Shown here in pieces: positions 18,243 through 26,120 of a stretch of 64,000 nucleotides of DNA. Every line of letters begins with the position of its first letter. Position 1 is the stretch's first letter. The DNA comes from Actinomycetes bacterium (GTDB lineage: Bacteria > Actinomycetota > Actinomycetes > S36-B12): contig OZ257127.1 in NCBI GenBank assembly GCA_965278965.1, positions 2,676,911 through 2,740,910 of the forward strand, written 5' to 3'. A program made the translations under genes and the position numbers. Under the pieces are notes generated by a model. It made no database searches, was not told the DNA's origin, and saw nothing but the letters and a program-made list of their open reading frames with translations.

Positions 18243-19078
18243 GCGGTCACCTCGGCGGGCTGGAGCTGGGTCATCGCCGCGGCGACGTGGTCGGCGTTCG
18301 GCACGAGGGTGTGCCACTCCACCTTGTCCTCCATGAAGTCCACGCCCTTGCCCTTCGTCGTGTTCGCGATCACCGCGCGCGGGCGGCCGCCGGTGTCCTG
18401 CGCGAGCGCCCCCGCGATTGCCGCGTAGTCGTGGCCGTCCACCTCGAACACCGCCCATCCGAACGCCCGCCACTTGTCGGCGAACGGCTCCAGGCCGAGC
18501 ACGTCCTCGGTCCGGCCGAGGATCTGCAGCCGGTTGCGGTCGATGATGACGCTGACGTGGTCGAGCCGGTGGTGCGCGGCGAGCAGCGCACCCTCCCAGT
18601 TGCTGCCCTCGGCGCACTCGCCGTCGGAGAGGACGACGAACACGCGGCGCGGGGATCCGTCGATCTTGTCGGCCAGGGCGCGGCCGACGCCGAACGGGAG
18701 GGCATGCCCCAGGGCGCCGGTCGACAGCTCGACCCCGGGGATCCCGTGTGCCGTGACGTGTCCGCCGAGGTGGGAGCCGTCGAGGTAGTAGTCGTCCAGC
18801 CAGTCGAGCGGGAAGTAGCCGGCGTGGGCGAGGACGGCGTAGACGCCGGACGCCGAGTGGCCCTTGGAGACGAGGACGATGTCGCGACCCGGGTCGTCGA
18901 CCCGGGCCGGCGCGACGTCGGCGACGCCGCCGTAGAGCGTGGCGAGGATGTCGATGACCGAGAGCGCCGCGCCGATGTGCGAGGCGCCTGAGGCCGAGCA
19001 CATGGTCAGCGCGCTGATGCGCGCGCGCCGGGCGAGCTCGGCCGGGTCGAGCCGGGCCGGGTCGGGAGTGGGCGGCAT
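18239..19078 (-). CDS. transketolase, N-terminal (ThDP-binding) subunit
   Basis: ATG 19078. 279 aa. Segments SKGHSASGVYAVLA and VVLSDGECAEGSNWEGA (ThDP/metal-binding region). Confidence 0.85.
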   Translation of the reverse strand: MPPTPDPARLDPAELARRARISALTMCSASGASHIGAALSVIDILATLYGGVADVAPARVDDPGRDIVLVSKGHSASGVYAVLAHAGYFPLDWLDDYYLDGSHLGGHVTAHGIPGVELSTGALGHALPFGVGRALADKIDGSPRRVFVVLSDGECAEGSNWEGALLAAHHRLDHVSVIIDRNRLQILGRTEDVLGLEPFADKWRAFGWAVFEVDGHDYAAIAGALAQDTGGRPRAVIANTTKGKGVDFMEDKVEWHTLVPNADHVAAAMTQLQPAEVTA

Positions 19079-19110
19079 CACGGTCCTTTCCTCGCAGGAT
19101 ACTTGGACAC

Positions 19111-19126
19111 CATATTGTTTGATATG
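19111..19126. promoter_or_regulatory. candidate operator palindrome in an AT-rich divergent promoter region
   Basis: CATATTGTTTGATATG (5-bp arms CATAT/ATATG) lies in the locally AT-rich 86-bp gap between the divergent transketolase and etfB genes. Confidence 0.3.
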
Positions 19127-19164
19127 CAAGAGTACGAGGGATTTCCCGATTCTTCGGAGGCCCC

Positions 19165-19944
19165 GTGAAGATCGCCGTGTGTGTGAAGCAGGTCCCGGAC
19201 ACCTGGGCGGAGAAGGCGTTGTCGCCGGGTGACTCAACGTTGGACCGGGAGTCGGCGGACGGGGTGATGAACGAGCTCGACGAGTACGCGGTCGAGGAGG
19301 CGTTGCGGCTGGTGGAGGCGCACGGTGGTGAGGTCACGGTCGTGTCGATGGGTCCGGCGCGCGCGGCGGAGACCGTCCGCAAGGCGCTGAGCATGGGCGC
19401 CGACGCCGGCGTCCACCTCCTCGACGACGCGCTCGCAGGCTCGGACGCACCGGCAACCGCCTACGCCCTGTCCAGCGTCCTCGACGGTCGCGGGTTCGAC
19501 CTGGTGGTGTTCGGGTCGGAGTCGACGGACGCGCGGATGAGCGTGGTGCCGGCGATGGTGGCCGCTCACCTGGGCATCGCCCAGGCGACGTTCGCGCAGA
19601 AGGTCGACGTCGCCGACGGTGCCGTCACGGTCGAGCGTGTGTCCGAGACCGGGTTCGACACCGTGACCGCGGCGCTGCCGGCGGTCGTGAGCGTGGTGGA
19701 GAAGATCAACGAGCCGCGGTACCCGTCGTTCAAGGGGATCATGGCGGCGAAGAAGAAGCCGGTGGAGACCCTGGGCGTCGCCGACGCCGGCCTGGACCCC
19801 GCACGGGTCGGCCTGGCCGCCGCTAGCAGCACCGTCGTCGACTTCGCGGCGCGCCCGCCGAAGGCGGCGGGGGTGCGGGTGACCGACGAGGGTGACGGCG
19901 GCACGAAGCTGGCGGAGTTCCTCGCCGAGCAGAAGTTCATCTGA
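19165..19944 (+). CDS. etfB: electron transfer flavoprotein, beta subunit
   Basis: GTG 19165 after GGAGG. The N-terminus MKIAVCVKQVPD is typical of ETF-beta. 259 aa. Confidence 0.9.
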   Translation: MKIAVCVKQVPDTWAEKALSPGDSTLDRESADGVMNELDEYAVEEALRLVEAHGGEVTVVSMGPARAAETVRKALSMGADAGVHLLDDALAGSDAPATAYALSSVLDGRGFDLVVFGSESTDARMSVVPAMVAAHLGIAQATFAQKVDVADGAVTVERVSETGFDTVTAALPAVVSVVEKINEPRYPSFKGIMAAKKKPVETLGVADAGLDPARVGLAAASSTVVDFAARPPKAAGVRVTDEGDGGTKLAEFLAEQKFI

Positions 19945-20008
19945 TCAGTCGTTCGCGGCGCCTGGTCCGAGGCGTCGGAGTGCGTGTGGGAATCCAAGGG
20001 AGTGCGTG

Positions 20009-20980
20009 ATGGGTGAGGTCCTGGTCCTGGTCGAGCAGGCCGACGGCACGGTCAAGAAGGTGACCACCGAGCTGCTGACGGCGGCCCGGTCCCTCGGCGA
20101 CCCCGTCGCCGTCTGGGCCGGCCCGGGGATCACCGACGAGGCGTCCGCGGTCCTTGCCGAGCACGGCGCATCGACGGTCGCCGTCGCGGACGGGCCGGTG
20201 TTCGTCGACCATCCCGTCGCGCCGACGGCCGAGCTCCTCGCGCGCCTGGTCGCCGACCGCAGCCCCGCCGCGGTCCTGCTCGCCTCGACCGCGGACGGCA
20301 AGGAGGTCGCCGCCCGGCTCGCCGTGCTGACGGGCTCGGGCCTCATCACCGACGCGGTCGCGCTCTCCCCGGGCGACGGCGCCGGTCAGGTCATCGCGAC
20401 GCAGTCGGTGTTCGGCGGGTCCACCGTCGTCCATTCCACCGTCACGACCGGCACGCCGATCATCACCGTCCGCCCGAACTCGGTGGCGGCGAGCACGGCT
20501 CCGGCCGCCGGAACGCGCACCGACGTCTCCGTGGAGGTCTCCGAGGCGGCGACGAGGGCGCGGGTGACCGGTCGGACGGTCGCGGCCAAGGGTGGCCGCC
20601 CGGACCTGACCGAGGCCGCGATCGTCGTCTCCGGCGGCCGCGGGGTCGGCTCCGCGGAAGGCTTCGCCGTCATCGAGGCCCTGGCCGACGCCCTGGGCGC
20701 CGCCGTCGGCGCCAGCCGCGCCGCGACCGACGCCGGCTGGTACCCCCACCAGTACCAGGTCGGGCAGACCGGCAAGACCGTCTCCCCGCAGCTGTACGTC
20801 GCCGCCGGGATCTCCGGCGCGATCCAGCACCGCGCCGGGATGCAGACCTCCAAGACCATCGTCGCGGTCAACAAGGACCCCGAAGCCCCCATCCTGGAGC
20901 TCGCCGACTACGCCGTCATCGGCGACCTGTTCACCGTCATCCCCCAGCTCACCGACCAGGTCACCACCCGCAAGGCGTAG
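20009..20980 (+). CDS. etfA: electron transfer flavoprotein, alpha subunit
   Basis: ATG 20009 inside track ORF 19892-20980. C-terminal FAD-binding signature PQLYVAAGISGAIQHRAGMQTSKTIVAVNKD. Confidence 0.9.
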   Translation: MGEVLVLVEQADGTVKKVTTELLTAARSLGDPVAVWAGPGITDEASAVLAEHGASTVAVADGPVFVDHPVAPTAELLARLVADRSPAAVLLASTADGKEVAARLAVLTGSGLITDAVALSPGDGAGQVIATQSVFGGSTVVHSTVTTGTPIITVRPNSVAASTAPAAGTRTDVSVEVSEAATRARVTGRTVAAKGGRPDLTEAAIVVSGGRGVGSAEGFAVIEALADALGAAVGASRAATDAGWYPHQYQVGQTGKTVSPQLYVAAGISGAIQHRAGMQTSKTIVAVNKDPEAPILELADYAVIGDLFTVIPQLTDQVTTRKA

Positions 20981-21059
20981 GGGGCTCGGGAAACGAGGTG
21001 TTCGGCGACGCTGGGCGCGCTCGGGCACACTGACCGCAGGACGGACGAAAGGCAGGGCG

Positions 21060-23039
21060 ATGGGCCGCAGCAAGCCGTGGGTGATGCGCACCTACGCGGG
21101 CCACTCGTCGGCTGCGGCGTCGAACGCGCTGTACCGGATGAACCTGGCCAAGGGCCAGACCGGCCTGTCGATCGCGTTCGACCTGCCGACGCAGACCGGC
21201 TACGACCCCGACTCGCCGCTCGCCCGGGGAGAGGTGGGGAAGGTGGGCGTGCCGGTCGTCGACCTCGACGACATGCGCGCCCTGCTCGACGGCATCCCGC
21301 TCGACCGCATGAACACCTCGATGACCATCAACGCGACGGCGATGTGGCTCATGGCCCTCTACGTCACCGTCGCTGACGAGCAGGGCGCGAAACGGACCGA
21401 CCTCGCCGGCACCACGCAGAACGACATCATCAAGGAGTACCTGTCCCGCGGGACCTACGTCTTCCCGCCCGGCCCCTCGATGCGGCTGACGACGGACCTC
21501 ATCGCATGGAGCGTCGCGAACACACCGGCCTGGAACCCGATCAACATCTGCTCGTACCACCTGCAGGAGGCCGGCGCGACGCCGGTGCAGGAGGTCGCCT
21601 ACGCCATGTCGACGGCCGTCGCCGTCCTCGATGCGGTCCGCGACTCCGGCCAGGTGTCGCCCGACGCGATGGGCGATGTCGTGGCGCGGATCTCGTTCTT
21701 CGTCAACGCCGGCGTGCGCTTCGTCGAGGAGCTGTGCAAGATGCGCGCGTTCGTCCGGCTGTGGGACGAGGTCACGGCCGAGCGCTACGGCGTGACGGAT
21801 GAGAAGGCCCGTCGCTTCCGCTACGGCGTGCAGGTCAACTCGCTCGGGCTGACGGAGGCCCAGCCGGAGAACAACGTCCAGCGCATCGTGCTGGAGATGC
21901 TCGGCGTCACCCTCTCCAAGGGCGCCCGGGCCCGCGCGGTCCAGCTCCCGGCGTGGAACGAGGCTCTCGGACTCCCGCGACCCTGGGATCAGCAGTGGAG
22001 TCTTCGGATGCAGCAGGTCCTCGCCCTGGAGACCGACCTGCTGGAGTACGAGGACATCTTCGACGGGTCGCACGTCATCGAGGCCAAGGTCGACGAGATC
22101 GTCGCGGCCGCCCGTGAGGAGATGGCCCGCATCGAGGCCCTCGGTGGGGCGGTGGCCGCGGTCGAGTCCGGCTACCTCAAGGCGGCGCTCGTCTCCTCCC
22201 ACGCCGACCGACGCCGGCGGGTGGAGTCCGGGGACGAGGTCGTCGTCGGCGTGAACGCCTACGAGACGACCGAGCCGAGCCCGCTCACGGCGAACCTCGA
22301 CGCCGCCATCCTGCGGGTGGACAGCACGGTCGAGGAGGCGGCGATCGCGGCCTTGGAGACCTGGCGCGAGCGTCGCGACGATGCCGCCGTCGACGCCGCA
22401 CTCGCACGGCTCACCGCCGACGCGGTCGGCGGAGTGAACCTCATGGACGCCTCGCTGGCCTGCGCGCGCGCCGGCGTCACGACCGGGGAGTGGGCCGGTG
22501 CGCTGCGGGAGGTCTTCGGCGAGTACCGCGCTCCCACCGGGGTCGGCGGCTCCGTCGGTGCCGGCACCCGCACCGGCCTGTCCGAGCTGCGGGCGTCCGT
22601 CGCGTCGACCGGGGAGGAGCTCGGCCACCGGTTGCGCATCCTCGTGGCCAAGCCCGGTCTCGACGGGCACTCGAACGGGGCGGAGCAGGTGGCGGTCGCC
22701 GCGCGCGACGCCGGTTTCGAGGTCGTGTACCAGGGCATCCGCCTGACGCCCGAGCAGATCGTCGCGGCGGCCGTGCAGGAGGACGTCGACTGCATCGGCC
22801 TGTCGATCCTGTCGGGCTCGCACCTGCTCGTAGTCCCGCAGGTGCTCGATGGGCTGCGGGCCGCCGGCCTCGATGACGTGCCCGTGATCCTCGGCGGGAT
22901 CATCCCCGACCAGGACGCGAAGGCGCTGACGGAGTCCGGTATCGCCGCGGTCTTCACCCCGAAGGACTACGACCTCACGACCGTGATGGCGAAGGTGCTC
23001 GACGTCATCCGGACGAGCAAGGACCTCCAGCCCGCCTAG
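21060..23039 (+). CDS. meaA: B12-dependent acyl-CoA mutase, fused large-subunit plus B12-binding domain (MeaA/ethylmalonyl-CoA-mutase-like)
   Basis: 659 aa. MRTYAGHSSAAASNALYRMNLAKGQTGLSIAFDLPTQTGYD mutase barrel. C-terminal cobalamin domain with DxHxxG (GLDGHSNG). The substrate assignment is an inference from size and domain fusion. Confidence 0.8.
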   Translation: MGRSKPWVMRTYAGHSSAAASNALYRMNLAKGQTGLSIAFDLPTQTGYDPDSPLARGEVGKVGVPVVDLDDMRALLDGIPLDRMNTSMTINATAMWLMALYVTVADEQGAKRTDLAGTTQNDIIKEYLSRGTYVFPPGPSMRLTTDLIAWSVANTPAWNPINICSYHLQEAGATPVQEVAYAMSTAVAVLDAVRDSGQVSPDAMGDVVARISFFVNAGVRFVEELCKMRAFVRLWDEVTAERYGVTDEKARRFRYGVQVNSLGLTEAQPENNVQRIVLEMLGVTLSKGARARAVQLPAWNEALGLPRPWDQQWSLRMQQVLALETDLLEYEDIFDGSHVIEAKVDEIVAAAREEMARIEALGGAVAAVESGYLKAALVSSHADRRRRVESGDEVVVGVNAYETTEPSPLTANLDAAILRVDSTVEEAAIAALETWRERRDDAAVDAALARLTADAVGGVNLMDASLACARAGVTTGEWAGALREVFGEYRAPTGVGGSVGAGTRTGLSELRASVASTGEELGHRLRILVAKPGLDGHSNGAEQVAVAARDAGFEVVYQGIRLTPEQIVAAAVQEDVDCIGLSILSGSHLLVVPQVLDGLRAAGLDDVPVILGGIIPDQDAKALTESGIAAVFTPKDYDLTTVMAKVLDVIRTSKDLQPA

Positions 23040-23089
23040 CCGCCCGGCACCGCTACGGTGCGGCGGATCCCCCGATGAACAGGAGTCTG

Positions 23090-24046
23090 ATGTCTGTGTT
23101 GCGTTCTCGTCGGTCGTGTCTTGCGGTGCCGGGGTCGAGTCCGAAGATGTTGGACAAGGCGCGGGGGTTGTTGGCGGATCAGGTGTTCATGGATATCGAG
23201 GATGCGGTGGCGCCGTTGGCGAAGCCGGAGGCTCGGGTGAACATTGTGGCGGCGTTGAACGCGGGCGGGTATGAGGGTAAGACGCGGGTGGTTCGGGTTA
23301 ATGACTGGACGACGTCGTGGACGTATCTGGATGTGACGGAGGTCGTCAGTGGGGCGGGGGCGAACCTGGACTGTCTGATGTTGCCGAAGGTGCAGACCGC
23401 GGACCAGGTGGTGGCGTTGGACTTGCTGTTGACGCAGGTGGAGCGGCAGGTCGGTTTGGAGGTGGGGCGGATCGGGATCGAGGCGCAGATCGAGAACGCC
23501 TTGGGGTTGATCAACGTGGATGCGATCGCGCAGGCGTCGCCGCGGGTGGAGTCGATCATTTTCGGGCCGGCGGATTTCATGGCGAGTATCAATATGAAGT
23601 CGTTGGTGGTCGGGGAGCAGCCGCCGGGGTATGACACCGGGGATGCGTATCACTACATCTTGATGCGGATCTTGATGGCGGCGCGGGCGTTCGACAAGCA
23701 GGCTATTGATGGGCCGTATCTGGCGATCAAGGACCTGGAGGGGTACCGGCGCGTGGCGGGGCGGAGTGCGGCGTTGGGTTTTGATGGGAAGTGGGTGCTG
23801 CACCCGGATCAGGTTGCGGCGGCGAATGAGGTGTTCAGTCCGCGGCAGGACGACTATGACCATGCGGAGCTGATCTTGGACGCGTACGACTACTACACGT
23901 CCGCGGCGGGGGGCGCGAAGGGCGCGGTCATGCTGGGGGACGAGATGATCGACGAAGCCTCCCGCAAGATGGCCCTGGTCGTGTCCGCCAAAGGCCGCGC
24001 CGCCGGCATGACCCGCACCAAGACCTTCGAGAAGCCGGAGGCCTGA
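23090..24046 (+). CDS. HpcH/HpaI aldolase / citrate-lyase beta (CitE)-like acyl-CoA lyase
   Basis: ATG 23090 with an AGGAG RBS is preferred over ATG 23075. N-terminus RSRRSCLAVPGSSPKMLDKA and FGPADF segment typical of CitE/malyl-CoA-lyase-like proteins. Codon usage is atypical for this window. Confidence 0.8.
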   Translation: MSVLRSRRSCLAVPGSSPKMLDKARGLLADQVFMDIEDAVAPLAKPEARVNIVAALNAGGYEGKTRVVRVNDWTTSWTYLDVTEVVSGAGANLDCLMLPKVQTADQVVALDLLLTQVERQVGLEVGRIGIEAQIENALGLINVDAIAQASPRVESIIFGPADFMASINMKSLVVGEQPPGYDTGDAYHYILMRILMAARAFDKQAIDGPYLAIKDLEGYRRVAGRSAALGFDGKWVLHPDQVAAANEVFSPRQDDYDHAELILDAYDYYTSAAGGAKGAVMLGDEMIDEASRKMALVVSAKGRAAGMTRTKTFEKPEA

Positions 24047-24047
24047 G

Positions 24048-25259
24048 ATGGCCCGCCTTGCGCAGACGGAGGGCTTGACCGAGGAGCAGCAGGCGATCCT
24101 GGAGGCGGTCCGGGACTTCGTGGACAACGAGATCATCCCGGTCGCCAATGAGCTTGAGCACGCCGACGAGTACCCGCAGGCCATCGTCGACGGCCTGAAG
24201 GAGATGGGTGTCTTCGGGCTGATGATCCCCGAGGAGTACGGCGGTCTGGGGGAGTCGCTTCTGACGTACGCGCTGGTGGTCGAGGAGATCGCCCGCGGCT
24301 GGATGAGCGTGTCAGGTGTGATCAACACCCACTTCATCGTCGCGTACATGCTGATGCAGCACGGCACCGACGAGCAGAAGCAGCGCTACCTGCCGCGGAT
24401 GGCGACCGGCGAGGTGCGCGGGGCGTTCTCGATGTCCGAGCCCGGCTGCGGGTCCGACGTCGCCGCGATCACGAGCAAGGCCGTCCGCGACGGCGCGGAT
24501 GCCGGCTGGGTGCTGAACGGCCAGAAGATGTGGCTGACCAACGGCGGCTCGAGCACGCTGGTTGCGGTGCTCGTGCGCACCGACGACGGCGCGCCGGAGG
24601 GTGCCAGCGTCTACAAGAAGATGAGCACATTCCTGATCGAGAAGCCGACCGGGTTCGGCGAGGTCCGCCCAGGCCTGACGATCCCCGGCAAGATCGAGAA
24701 GATGGGCTACAAGGGCGTCGACACGACCGAGCTGGTCATGGACGGCCTGCGGCTGGAGGAGGCCGACCTCCTCGGCGGAGTCACGGGCAAGGGCTTCTAC
24801 CAGATGATGGACGGCGTCGAGGTCGGGCGCGTCAACGTCGCGGCGCGGGCATGCGGGCTGGCGCAGCGGGCGTTCGAGCTGGGCGTGGAGTACGCGCAGC
24901 AGCGGGTGACGTTCGGCAAGCCGATCGCCGAGCACCAGGCGGTGTCGTTCCGGCTGGCCGACATGGCCGTCAAGGTCGAGGCCGCGCACCAGATGATGGT
25001 GCGGGCCGCGCGCAAGAAGGACTCCGGGGAGCGCAACGACCTCGAGGCCGGCATGGCCAAGTACCTCGCGTCGGAGTACTGCAAGGAGGTCGTCGAGGAC
25101 TCGTTCCGCATCCACGGGGGCTACGGCTACTCCAAGGAGTACGAGATCGAGCGGCTCTACCGTGAGGCGCCGATGCTGCTCATCGGTGAGGGCACCGCCG
25201 ACATCCAGCGGATGATCATCGCCCGCCGCCTTCTCGAGGACTACAAGAGCCGCTCGTGA
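24048..25259 (+). CDS. acyl-CoA dehydrogenase
   Basis: 403 aa. Segments SEPGCGSD and FRIHGGYGYSKEYEIERLYREAPMLLIGEGT. The ATG lies 1 nt after the upstream stop. Confidence 0.9.
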   Translation: MARLAQTEGLTEEQQAILEAVRDFVDNEIIPVANELEHADEYPQAIVDGLKEMGVFGLMIPEEYGGLGESLLTYALVVEEIARGWMSVSGVINTHFIVAYMLMQHGTDEQKQRYLPRMATGEVRGAFSMSEPGCGSDVAAITSKAVRDGADAGWVLNGQKMWLTNGGSSTLVAVLVRTDDGAPEGASVYKKMSTFLIEKPTGFGEVRPGLTIPGKIEKMGYKGVDTTELVMDGLRLEEADLLGGVTGKGFYQMMDGVEVGRVNVAARACGLAQRAFELGVEYAQQRVTFGKPIAEHQAVSFRLADMAVKVEAAHQMMVRAARKKDSGERNDLEAGMAKYLASEYCKEVVEDSFRIHGGYGYSKEYEIERLYREAPMLLIGEGTADIQRMIIARRLLEDYKSRS

Positions 25260-25281
25260 CGCTCGATGCGGGCGTCCGCTC

Positions 25282-25683
25282 GTGAGCGAGGTCCCTTGCG
25301 TAGGGGCGATCGTCTTCGACGGCGACGGGCGGATCCTGCTGGTACGACGGGCGAACCCACCAGCCCAGGGGCTGTGGTCCGTGCCCGGCGGCCGGGTCGA
25401 GCCCGGGGAGTCCGGCGAGGACGCGGTCCTGCGCGAGCTCGCCGAGGAGACCGGACTGGTCGGCCGCGTCGACCGGGAGGTCGGCACCGTCCGGCGCGAT
25501 GCGCCGGGAGGCGGCACGTACGTCATCCGGGACTTCGTCGTCCAGGTCGACGACGTGTCGACGATGCGGGCGGCGGACGACGCCGCCGACGCGGCCTGGT
25601 TCACCCGAGCCGGGCTCGGTGATGCGCCGACCTCGCCGGGTCTGTTCGAGGCGCTTGCGCAGTGGTCGGTCCTGCCGAGCTGA
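25282..25683 (+). CDS. NUDIX hydrolase
   Basis: 133 aa. Nudix box GGRVEPGESGEDAVLRELAEETGL. Confidence 0.85.
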   Translation: MSEVPCVGAIVFDGDGRILLVRRANPPAQGLWSVPGGRVEPGESGEDAVLRELAEETGLVGRVDREVGTVRRDAPGGGTYVIRDFVVQVDDVSTMRAADDAADAAWFTRAGLGDAPTSPGLFEALAQWSVLPS

Positions 25684-25691
25684 TCGGCTCC

Positions 25692-26120
25692 TCAGGCCTG
25701 CACGCGTGCCGGCGGCCGGATACGCGCCCACACGGTCGTCGTCCCATCGCCGCGGCTCCAGCCGGTCTGCGAGCTGAGCGCCTCGACCATCGACAGCCCA
25801 CGTCCGTGGCCCTCGTCGTCGCCGGCCTCCTGGGCGGCCGGCAGCGAGCCGCTGCCGGCGTCAGTCACCGTGACGAGCGCGCCCGCGTCGTCCGTCGGCT
25901 CGATCCGCAGGGCGACCGGGGGGCTGCCGTGCCGGACACCGTTAGCCACGAGCTCGGACACGACGAGGACGAGGTCGTCCGCCTCCTCGGGCATCCAGCC
26001 GGTGTCGGCGGCCCAGCGCGCGGCATGGCCACGGGCCACGGACGCGGCCACCATGTCGTCGGGAAGGTCCCAGTGCATCGAGGTCACGACAGGGTCATTC
26101 CCGCAGATCGCCTGCGTCAA
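25692..26120 (-). CDS. ATP-binding protein, HATPase_c (RsbW/SpoIIAB-like anti-sigma kinase fold)
   Basis: VSELVANGVRHG (N-box), DAGSG and GRGL motifs. TTG 26120 overlaps the CotH-gene stop (TTGA). An alternative ATG at 26078 is possible. Confidence 0.7.
   Translation of the reverse strand: MTQAICGNDPVVTSMHWDLPDDMVAASVARGHAARWAADTGWMPEEADDLVLVVSELVANGVRHGSPPVALRIEPTDDAGALVTVTDAGSGSLPAAQEAGDDEGHGRGLSMVEALSSQTGWSRGDGTTTVWARIRPPARVQA

Noticed and set aside
17322-19394. 690-aa and 332-aa track ORFs suggesting much longer transketolase-subunit proteins
   Set aside because: The N-terminal extensions are Arg/Pro/Ala-rich read-through of upstream sequence. Internal ATGs at 18242 and 19078 give canonical subunit sizes, with an ATGA overlap and a proper N-terminus.
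20961-22823. 620-aa ORF antisense to the B12 mutase gene
   Set aside because: The reasoning is the same as for the other antisense ORFs. The plus-strand mutase has diagnostic motifs and a DxHxxG B12 domain, while the antisense product has no recognisable features.
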